Position numbers and translations under genes: made by a program. From NCBI GenBank assembly GCA_028534125.1, contig CM052816.1, positions 38,318,001 to 38,382,000 of the forward strand: a stretch of 64,000 nucleotides of DNA, read 5' to 3'. This DNA comes from Lama glama (Eukaryota). The notes below the pieces were generated by a model, which had not been told where the DNA came from, ran no database searches, and saw nothing but the letters and a program-made list of their open reading frames with translations. Shown here in pieces: positions 1 to 10,920 of the stretch; the stretch's first letter is position 1, and each line of letters begins with the position of its first letter.

Positions 1-960
1 TTATAGGCTTTTCTGCAGAACTTTTTGGAGTCTAGTCAAAATACTAAATTGTGAGTTAAACCTTCCTAGTTACATTTATCAGCTTGATGTTCATCAACAC
101 AATTATGTAATCTAATAATAGATTATATAACAGTCATTCCCTTTGCCTTAGAAATGGGATAAAGTCAGATGGAAAAAAATTACTAACAGAAAACCAAAGC
201 ACTGACTCCACAATGTGAGTCTATCTGCATATTCCAACACGGCTGGTGATTCACTCTGTACAATGATGTGAGAGGAGGGCACAGGTGCATTTGCACAACT
301 CTTTTAGACCCATCAAGAGCACCTTTCAGAAAGCAAAACATGTCTGTTGTCACTGGGGGGGTGGGGGGAGTGAGTAACTAGATTTGGAAACTGGCACCCA
401 TGGGCAGTATAAAGGAGCATGGTTCACATTGTCTGAAATTGCTCATGCCCTGGTTCATCCAACCAGTAATGAAGCAGTCAGCATCCCATCTCTGGAGTGG
501 AATAGGCAATTATTCTAGCTTGAAACTCTGCCCTTGCAAATTGAGTGTGGCAACAATTCACATTGGCTGTCATTATAAAGTCCCTCAAAACAAGGGAGCT
601 ATTCCTATCAGTTCAGAAGGAAAAATCAGAGATGCCTAAAAAGTTTACCTTAACTCCAAATAGATTATTGTGCATTGACGATATGGATATTTAAACTGCT
701 TTCTGAGAGACCTTTTTGTTTAGTTTTATTCTTCAATCTTACTCCAAATCGTTTCAAATAAATCTAAAATTCTAGTCACGTAGAATATTTCTGTAGATTC
801 TCATTAACTAACCTCCTATCTTGCAATACATTTAGAGAACGAAAACATTTCTCATTCTCCTTCTGGTTACATTTTAATGCTGTTACAAGCAATCAAGAAA
901 AGAAAAAACTCCCCTGGGAATCTGATTCTTGGATGAACAGGTAAAACATTTTGTACCTAA

Positions 961-1459
961 CAGCTCTCAAACCTAGCTCATGCCTGTATCTTCTGGGGAG
1001 CTTTCATAACAATACCTACGGCTGGGCCCCACTCCATGCCAATTAAATAAGAATTTCTAGGGGTAGGATCTACAGGTGGTTGGTTTTAAAAGCACCTATG
1101 ATGATTCTAGCATGTTCAAGTTAAGCATTACTAAAAATTTAATAGGCATACAACTCAGCTAGGGAAGTATTTAAGCTGCAGATTCTAATTCAAGTGTTCT
1201 GTGATTGGGACTAAAATTCTGGCACATTTCCAGATAACGTGGATGTTGCTGGTTTATGGACTGCGTTGTTAAGTAGCCTGAATCTAGATCAGAAATTCCC
1301 TAGTTTAATATTAGAATTTCCTAGAGAGCTTTTAAGAAATCCTATGCCCTTGACATACCCCAGACGTTACATCAGAAGCTGAATGGGTGCAACTTAGTTA
1401 TCAGCAGTTTTTAAAGTGTCCCAAGTGATTCAAATGTGCAGGAAATATTGAGAACCCCA
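961..1459. mobile_element. Three adjacent MER5-family (hAT-Charlie) MITE copies (~961-1130, ~1146-1277, ~1290-1459)
   Basis: Each unit has MER5-like motifs (ggggagcttt, gggccccactcc, gcagattctaattc, gatgttgctggt, cccaagtgattcaaatgtgcag...ttgagaacc). Confidence 0.7.
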
Positions 1460-2239
1460 CCGATCTTCTCATCATCCACTCTTCCCTGACCATTTACCCC
1501 TGACTTTTCTCCTTGACTTAATAAAACCAAAAATTTTCCAATAAACAAGTCTTGAAAAATCTGATTTCTGCTTTTTCTTTATCTACGTATCAGTTGCCTA
1601 TGTTTTATTCATTCAATAACTGAAATATCTGCTGACACTCATCTCTCCTTTACCAATAGTCAGCATATATTTAAGGCCTTCAAATACCCTTTGCTGACAA
1701 TGGCATACATTTGTTCCCAATAATTTCTATCTAACTCAAATTATTTAAAAATCTATTGGATATATTTTACCCAATGTGCTAAATTAGTATCTTTAAATCA
1801 CTACCCAAATAAGCATCTTCATGTTGACCTTTTGTCTATAAAACTTAAGCAAAATCCCTCAATATAATATTCAGTTATTCTCCATATTCAGATCTCTACT
1901 TAATTTTCACTTAAATTTTCATTCTAATCTCTCATTACGTATAAAGATCTCCTGGGGATCTTATTCATGTTTTTTCCCACCTACAACTTGTTCCTCAAAG
2001 GTAGCTTTACCTTCTTATGTAGGACTATCTCTGCTGTTTCTTTAACCCAGAAGATTGAACCACATCTTCACATCTTAAAAGCTTATTCAATCTTAAAAGC
2101 TACCTTTAAATCTCCTCATAATACACAAAACAAAATAAGAAGCCCCTTCTTGGGCCTTTCTATAATTTTAAACATGATTTACAGAAAAATTATGTGAAAA
2201 TTTCTACTTCATGTTTGCCTAATTTCTTTCTCAATTTCT

Positions 2240-2340
2240 CAGGACCTTAAGATCCTGGAACACAGAAACAGGGTCTTGATAATATCCCAGAAAATCCTCC
2301 CCCTCAAAAATGATCCATTAATATTTACTGAATTGAAATA
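2240..2340 (+). mobile_element. L2 3'-end fragment
   Basis: taagatcctggaacacagaaacagggtctt ... aatatttactgaattgaa resembles the degenerate L2 3' terminus. Confidence 0.4.
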
Positions 2341-4769
2341 TACAAATATCTTCCTTTTGACTATTATGTGGATATTAGTTTAAAACATTTATCCCCATAA
2401 GTCTACAATATACAGAGTTTAAATACGTAAAACCAATACCACATAAGGAAGTACAGGAAATTCTCTGAGTAATCAATACAATTCATGATAAGACTGAATA
2501 TTTTGAAGCTGCAGCAACTACAACTGGTACACAATACTTGACACATAATATGCTCAAAAAACAGTCTCAGAATTCAAAGAGAGGGATCCTTTTGTCAAGA
2601 GAAATCCTGGAATCTGTAAGGTCTTTGGAAAAGATAAAAAAAAAATAGACATTTTAAGGTTCCTGTTCTCAGGTAGATTAGAATACAGGATAATGTTTTT
2701 AAAATAAACAGTCGCACAAGATAAACTGTAAGTGCCAAATCAGTGGATGAAGACTTACCCGAAAAGTTATACCAATCTAATCTTAAACTCTATTACTTCA
2801 AATTCTTCAAATCTGCTTCTCCTAGTCACCCACCTACCACATCTGCTTTCACTAATCAGTCTGTTTTCATTTTATCAATTGCATTAAATAATTTACTAAT
2901 TAATTTACACCAAAATATTTTTTTAATTGTTTTTCCTCAGCCCCACAAGAGAAATTAGCCATAAATTCTCACACTGAACCCTGGAAATAGGAATTGTTTC
3001 TCAGAATTTTTATATACACGGAATTAGTTCCTGAATGACTTTTGCTATGAAAATGAAGATTGGTTTAGTCAAATCTGTGAGTACTTAGCTCAAAGATCAA
3101 AAGCAAATGTTACCAAGTAAGTTTTGGCACTTCAAAAGACATCCCGAACTATCTAGAATGAGATCAATTTAAGTTTTTAATCTCTGTTTTTGAAAAGTGT
3201 AAAACTTTTGCATGGAAATATTTAACCACAAAATACAGTATTATTGCTAAGTGTTTTGGCTTATGGTTTTGTGGGAAAGACAAGAGATGGTAGCTTTCAC
3301 CACATGTCTAAGAGATGCCGTAATTGAATTCTGAAGCCTGGAATGAAGTAACAAACACTGCAGTACAAAGACGCACATCCTTCATGATAGCCTTCAGTGT
3401 TCTATGGTTTTGAGAGCTAATTAGAAGCCGTCTTAAATATATATTTATTTCTTCATCTTGGTCTTAAAAATGAGAACAGAGTCAGCTTTTTGAGCTCTAG
3501 CCAGATGCTGGTTTTATAACCTCAACTATATAGGCTAACTGCTAAAAGCTCAGGATCTGAGACTTTCAAAGTTATTTTTAGGACAAATCAGTTAATGAGC
3601 AGGTACAAACTTAGACATAAATGAGCAGCAGGGCAGAGGCAGCCAAATGTCAGGGAAAGTCTCAGATGGTAGGACAAATTGTAATTATTCAATCCAGTTA
3701 GCGGACAGTGGTGAATAAAAATGAACCACTGCCAACTGCTATCAAGTCAAAGGTTTAATTTTTTATGCATAGAAATAGAAAATGCACAGAAAATATGAAC
3801 ACACAATGTATGTCAAAGTAACTTATTCCTGATGTCTTTCATGCAAACAGAAAACAGTTTCCTTTCCTTTTCTGGAACTTCCCCCATACTACCATATTAG
3901 TTATAATCCTTGCATTATGGCTCTAATGAATATTACATCTTTATTTTGTACCAGCTTATTTGTAATGACAGAGCTTCATGTAATCCTTCAACATGTTGTA
4001 GACAGCTCCAAGAAATCAACGAGCCATAATTCACTTCCTCCACTACCATCACACTACAAACCTCAGGGTCTGGCCTCCACCAAGAATTAACAGTCAGTGT
4101 CAGGTAAAGGCTCAAATAAATCAGTTCATTTGCACTGAGGAAACCACATCAGGTTACCAGTGTCCAGAGAATGCCTAAATCTGCGAACAGAAAAGGCAAT
4201 TTTGCCAGAGACAGGGCACTGTGGAGCCCTGAAACTTTTAGCTGCTACCCTGTTTGGCTTCAATGCAGAGTATAATAAGAAGAAGAAGAGGACCAAAACT
4301 CAAGAGGTTTGGATGAGCTAATTTTATCATTTTTCTCAAGCATGCCTTTTTGTACCTTATAGCTTATAGATCACTGACCTAGGAAAAGCAATACTGGCCC
4401 AAAACTTCTTTCCAAGATATTTTTCTTAAAACGTTGTTCTCATCATTAAGATGTCTCATCATTAAAATGTCTATTAAAATTATGTTCCTCAAATACTTCA
4501 CCTTTGTATAGCAGATGCAAACTGGTAAATGTATTTTTGTTTTGTTTTACTCTTTGGTTACCGAACAACCGCTATCACTGTTCCTCAATGGTACTCTATA
4601 TCTTGGGAAGGAGAGATAGTTCTCTTCCATTCTGAACAATCTGGGGGAATAGTAAAATATAGTGTTATGCTCTACCACCAAGAAAAGAAAAAAACAAAAG
4701 CAAAAAATATCTGGAGGCTTCTTCCACCAAAACTAGATCCTTTTCACTTCTGAGGGACAGTAAATGGGG

Positions 4770-5067
4770 GTAAGTAATCAAACTAAGCTTAGCCCATCAA
4801 CCGCCTCTCTCAGAATTTGAATCATGAAGGGAGTGACAAGGGCAAGAAAAACAACTGGAATTTGTTCATCCACCCTACTAATGCAGGAATTGTCTAGCAA
4901 TTAATGTCCTTGAGACTTTAAAATTACCTTTCCCTATTGTGAACGTATTTCCCCAGCCCTCCCTTAAACCCTGTGAGCTACCTTATGTCCAATCAGTATT
5001 TTCATTTTAGCTTAATTTACTTAGAGTCACCTGGTAGTGCTTGCAACCAAAGGACCCTGAGATAATA
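4770..5067 (+). mobile_element. ERVL LTR fragment (LTR16/LTR33-like)
   Basis: ctctctcagaatttgaatc and terminal gcttgcaaccaaaggaccctgagataata resemble the ERVL LTR 3' end. Confidence 0.55.
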
Positions 5068-5256
5068 TGTGGGGGAAAGTCTTTTTAAATGAATTGTTTT
5101 ATGGTACTTTTAATCAAAGAGACAGGCAGAAGTTTTGCTACACAAAGACTGATTCTGGGAGAAATGTGTCCTTATTGTCCTCAGATTATTTTTTTGAGTT
5201 TCATTGAGAATTAACTGACATACATCACTGTATAGGTTTAAGGCACAGACCATGAT

Positions 5257-5381
5257 GTTCTTTTTTTTTAATTTTTTTCTAAAGAAAAAATATTTTAATG
5301 CAAATCCTGGGAATTGAATCCAGGACCTCCCATGTGCTGTGTTAAGCACACTCTCTACCACTAGCCCACACCCCAACCCCT
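5257..5381 (-). mobile_element. tRNA-Ala-derived SINE (camelid Vic-1-like) inserted in the L1 3' UTR
   Basis: Minus strand reads GGGGTGTGGGCTAGTGGTAGAGAGTGTGCTTAAC..GGAGGTCCTGGATTCAATTCCCAG plus an A-rich tail; flanking direct repeat ccatgat at 5250-5256 and 5382-5388. Confidence 0.8.
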
Positions 5382-5876
5382 CCATGATAGTTTGATTTAC
5401 CTGTATTGTAAAATGATTTACATAATAGGTTCAGCTAACATCCATCATCTCATACAAATATAATAAAAATAAAAGAAGCCAAGAAAAGGAAAACAGTTCT
5501 CCTTGTAACGAGAACTCTAAAAATTTACTATCTTCACAACTTTGCTATATATCATACAGCAGTGTTAACTGTAATCATTATGTTGTATATTAATTACATC
5601 CTTAGTACTTACCTCATAACCATAACTGTACGTTTTGACCCCCTTCCTTTAACCTTCTCTCCCTTCACCCTCCGCCTCTGGTAACCAAAAGTCTGATCTA
5701 TTTTACTATGAGTTTAGTTTGTGTTTTTGTTTGTATTTTACAATCCACACACAAGTGAGATTATACATTATTTGCCTTTCTCTGACTTATTTCACTTAGC
5801 ATAACACCTTCAAGGTCCATCTGTGTTGTCACAAACGGATAGGATTTCCTAATTTTTACAGGTGAATAATACTGCA

Positions 5877-5913
5877 GTGTGTGTATGTCCGTGTGTGTGT
5901 GTGTGTGTGTGTG
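5877..5913. repeat. (GT)n microsatellite within the L1
   Basis: Interrupted GT run seen directly. Confidence 0.9.
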
Positions 5914-7744
5914 TACATGCGTGTATCTCACAACTTCTTTATCCATTCATCCAATGATGAATACTCAGGTTCCATGTCCTGGCTATTACAAATAATGCTA
6001 CTGTGAACATGGGAGTGCAGGTATCTCTCTGAGATCATTTTCATTTCCTTTGGCTATATATCCAGAAGTGGAATTGCCAGATCATATGGTGGTTCTATTC
6101 TTAATTTTTTTGAGGATCCTCCATACTGTTTTCCATAGTGGGTGTAACAATTTACAATCCTACCAACACTGCACAAGGGTTCCCTTTTCTCTACACCCAC
6201 ACAAGCATTTATCTCTTATTTTTTCAAATGATGGTCATTCTAACACCCATGAGGTGACACCTCGTTGTGGTTTTAATTGGCATTTTCCTAACAACTAGTG
6301 ATGTTAGGCAGCTTTTCATGTACCTGTTGACTTTTTCTATACCTTCTTTGGAGAAATGTCTATTCAGGTCCTTTGCCCATTTTTCAAAATTTTGTTGTTA
6401 TTGCTTTGCTATTGAGTTTTTCATGTAAGTTGAATATTAACCCCTTATCAGATATATGGTTTGAATTTTTTTTCTTCTGTAGTTTGTCTTTTCACTTTAT
6501 TGGTGGTTTCCTTTGCTGTACAGAAGCACTTTTAATTTGATATAGTCCCAATATTTTTTATTTTGCTGCTTGTGTTTTAGGTATCACATCCAAAAAAATT
6601 ATTACCAAAACCCATGTTAAGAAGCTTTATTCCTACATTTTCTTCTAGGAGTTTCAAGGTTTCAGGTCTTACTTTCATGCCTTTGCTCTACCTGGAGTTA
6701 GTTTTTGTGAGTGATGTAAGATAGGGGTACAGTTTCATTCTTTTATATGTGAATATCCAATATCCCAGCACGGTTTATAGAAGAGACTGTCTTTTCCCTA
6801 CTGAGTATTCTTGGCTCCCATGTCAAATATTAGTTGAATGTAAACACTTGGGTTTATTTCTGGGTTCTCAATTCTGTTCCACTGGTCTTATTTGTCATTT
6901 TTATACCAGCACCATACTGTGTTAATAACTATAGCTTTATAGCATAGCCTGAAATGAGGAAGTGTAATACTTCCTGCTTTGTCCTTCTTTCTCAGAATTT
7001 CTTTATCTATTCAAGGTCTTTCATGGTTTTATATAAATTTTAGGAGTGTTTGTATCTATTTCCATAAAAAATGTCACTGGAATCTTGATAGAACTGCACT
7101 GAATCTAGAGATGGCTTTTGGTAGTATGGACATTTTAACAATGTGAATTCTTCCAATCCATGAGTATGGGATAGCTTTCCATTTATTTGTGTCCTCTTTG
7201 ACTTCTTTCATTCTTGTAGCAGGGGTTTTTTGTTTTTGTCTTTACGATTTACTCATATATAAAATCATGTTACTTGCAAATACAGTCTATGAATTATTGC
7301 CTGATGACAGGTAGGAAAAATTAACTCATTATGCTTATCAGTCCAAAGCTTTCATAAACATTAAGTGCAGCTGATGATGACAGTGCAGGTGGTCATGTGA
7401 TGGCAACAGATATACCGAAGAACATAACTCTAGTAATAAGAATGCAAATGTGTGTCTCCCATTAACACTTTAAAATTTATCCAAAGCCACTGAATAAGAA
7501 CTTTTAAAAGATCCATTATTTTCTTCTAGTAGATAATAAATAATCTTATGTGATCTAGAGTCATAAAACACAATCACAATTGAAACTTCAGGATGATCAA
7601 TATAATGCATCAATCAAAACTCTGAGCATGATTTACAGTTAAGTTTTTTTTTCCTTCCCTGGCTAAGGCCAACTTTCAGCAGGTTAGTTATTGTTTAAAA
7701 GGCTGGTATCATGAGTTCTCTTTTCCCCACGTCTGCTAATAACC

Positions 7745-9913
7745 TTGTTGCCTCAATCTTTAGTGCTATTTTCCAATATTTCCAGTTCCCACCTGAATGC
7801 ACATGGTAGAAATACATTTCTTGTAACTAAGTGGAAGTGTATCTATAATTCTGGCCAATAAGCTGCAAGTAGGAAGTGGCTTGAATTATTTACATGAAAG
7901 ATTATTTAACAGTTGATGCAAAACCCTCCAAGATGTCTCTTTTCTTTGAATACAATGAAGGACTACATTTAAGACAGTGTTGGTTTCTTCACAGCAGACA
8001 CTCCTTTTCCATCCTCTCATCCCACTAATAAGAAAAATTTAATGGGACAAATAAATAAACTCTTCTTCTAAACCACTGAGATTTTGGAGTTAATTTTTGC
8101 ACAAGGATAACCTAACCTCTTCTAACCAGCAATGAAATGCTGCAATAAACACACACAGACACACACACAGAGATATACACACACATCTAAAATATGTGTC
8201 ACTGGTTTAGGGGCTAGGTGGCAAGCAATGGAGAAGCTGACACTTCACCTTGGAAAATCACAATTGAGTTAATGATAACTAGAAAGATATTTATTTAATG
8301 AATTTGCAGCCTGAAGGGAAGAGGTTGAAAAATAGAACATTATCAGTATGTGTTAGTTGCTGATGGCTGGTTCTGGCAAGTTACTATAAGGAGGATATTT
8401 GTCAGGAAAAAAATTAGTTGATTTTTCAAAAGAAATGGAAAGGAATTAAGAGAGTCCTCATATCCAAGAACTTCTAGAGTTGAAAGATGCTACTGCTTTC
8501 CATCACTCACTAGTAAAAAATTAAACTAAGAAAGTCTTTTGAGTAATGAATGTTGACTCAAATTTAGCCTTGTAGCAAGGATCAAATCAAGAACATGGAC
8601 TACATGTGCACTGCTAAAACCTCCAGACAATTTAAATAGTCTTAGCACAAACACCCAGCTAAAACTGTGATGCCCAATTACTATGAATTGGATAACATGG
8701 CTCAGGAATACAAGACCAACGATGTGACTTTCCCAAAGATGCATACGAAAGACTCAAAGTAACTGCAATTAATTATGGAGAAAGAAAGAACCAAGGATGA
8801 GAGAAAGCATAGAAATATAGCAAATCTAAGAGGGATATTTAGAATAGAAGATGTGCCTATTGCAACATGATGATGACTTGAATCAATAGCTTAGATTTTT
8901 ATCTCTAGAAGTTTCCTAAGTTATTTAGAGAATGCTACTGCCCTACGAGCCACCAGCCTGGTCTAAAAGAAATTGTGAGTGTTCAAGACTTAAAATGACC
9001 TTGTGTCCACCCCACTGCACCCACCATACATCAGGAAGAAACATGCTGAGAAATCTGCTCAACTCCAAGAACATTTTCCAAAGCCCATTTCAGATGTTGT
9101 CAAAGGTTACTGGAAAAGGACCAGAGAAAGAAGATCTGAGGGCAACAGAGAACAACAGAGGTACTTGGTAGGAGGCAGAGGGTACAAACTCAGGGTTGAA
9201 TTCATTCTCCATCATCAGATAGGGAGTCTTTAAAGAATCTGCTTTTAAATTTGCCATAGACCATGTATTTTCCAAAGAAGATTATTTTTTGTGGTTATTC
9301 TATCCTTGTTTTACTTTTGTGGATAGCAAAGAACTTGTCTTTTTAGTTTACTGGCCCTCAAGTCAAGAGGAAATATATCAGATCTAATGCAGAAATTGTA
9401 AGTCATCACCTACGAAATCTTGGAGTTAAATGTCAAGCATGGATAAGACTTTGGAACTGTAGCTATTGAGAAGGAGGCAGTATATTTTGACTGAAAGAGA
9501 GAATATGCACATTTTTATTTTTAACTAGAAAGGCAAATGATGGCAAGTGTAAGTGATATTGATCAGATATTTCTCACTCTTAGACTTTGATATATGTGAT
9601 AGCATTGCTCTTCCTGGCAAATTGTGATCAGGTAGGCCACCAACCTAGTTCTGGACAAGCCGTAAGTGAAAGTATCGGTATTTAATTGTTGATGTGAGAT
9701 CCTCCTGAGTCTCTTTTCTGTAGAATCTGCAATGTTTGTGAAAGTATAGCTCCATCAATCTGGGTCCCCAGCTGACTACAATAAGCAGTGACTTCCTGCC
9801 AACTTGCAAAGAACATGTGACATAAATGAGAAATTAAACATTTTGTTTTAAACCAATGAGATTTAGGATTTGTTTGTTATTGCGACATAAACTTGGCTAT
9901 TCTAACTGATACA
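7745..9913 (+). mobile_element. Near-complete MaLR element, MLT1I-like: 5' LTR ~7745-8131, internal ~8132-9537, 3' LTR ~9538-9913
   Basis: Two homologous LTRs (ttctggccaataag/ttctggacaag; aaaccactgagattttgg/aaaccaatgagatttagg; 3' end ctaactgataca); internal region starts with tgctgcaataa..taaaatatgtgtcactggttt; purine-rich tract before the 3' LTR. Confidence 0.8.
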
Positions 9914-10754
9914 CAAGGTTTCTGACTCCTTGGAATTGGAGCAGAAAAAGGGAAGAGGCAAAGGAATATATGAAGTCTTCACTTGACTAGTATCAAATAG
10001 GATTCTACATCATCCAGGAATGGCTAGTATTTAAGGCTGAATTTTTCTCTTGGAAGCATTTAGTAGATTATTAAGAAATTCCCCTGACAGACTCCTCTTA
10101 CCCCAACCTTTGCACTGGCTGGCTGCCTCTGCATCCCTATCACCTTCAGCGTTTCTCTAGGTCCACTCTTCAGAGTGTAGGGACCGTGCACATTCTGACA
10201 GAGGCCATTTTAAACAGGATTTCTTTAGATACATATCTACATTCCTATAGGGTGCTAAACAAGTGATCCCTGAAGATGTTGCACTTTTATCCACCACTAG
10301 CAGCTTGGGCTCTTGCTTCTTGACATAGTAGTAGCTCTCTCTGCACTGTGCCTTCAGGCTGGGTCAATTTTTAGAAATCTCCTAAGTGTGTCAGACAATT
10401 CAACCACTGTACTCCCATATTTCCTGGGGCACACACTAAGCTTTCAGAGTTGCCTTCTTGAAATGAGGGCAAACAGGACTGAAATTAGAATGGTGGACCT
10501 CAACCTAACCCTTGAGGAGGAGTGAGTGAGACTTGAAACACTTCAGCAACTATATCCAAAAACAATCTCTTCACAAATCTCCCTTCCCCTGGCCCTTTTA
10601 TCTTGTCCTTATGAATTTTAGAGCTGCCTAAGGAATATCCCCTTACATCCTCTGAAAATGCACATTTCAATCTAGTATTCCCTTATGGAATTTTTATCTA
10701 TTATAATTTGACATCTAAGTTGAAACTTGAAATGTAACATGCTCTCACATAATA

Positions 10755-10920
10755 CCAGCATCTATCATTTACTGAGCACTTGGAATATGCTAATAACTGC
10801 ACCAAATAGTTTAACTTTACGTCCTCCCTCTCTTTTAAGCTTTACAGGATTTTCATGTAGCTGGCTTATTATTTCAAATTTTAGATGAAAACCCTGAGGC
10901 TTGGAGAAGTTTAATATTCA
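10755..10920 (-). mobile_element. MIR SINE
   Basis: catttactgagcactt ... ttttagatgaaaaccctgaggcttggagaagtttaa, MIR core. Confidence 0.7.

Larger units (their letters stand above)
5185..7285 (-). mobile_element. 5'-truncated LINE-1 (3' UTR plus degraded ORF2 C-terminal part)
   Basis: T-rich tail at the left end; classic antisense L1 text (tgacttatttcacttagcataa, ccagaagtggaattgccagatcatatgg, ttggagaaatgtctattcaggtcc); ORFs 5761-5946 and 6050-6298 are L1-derived. Confidence 0.93.

Noticed and set aside
5300..5381. tRNA-Ala-like sequence
   Set aside because: Degenerate stems, A-rich tail and TSD indicate a SINE, not a functional tRNA gene
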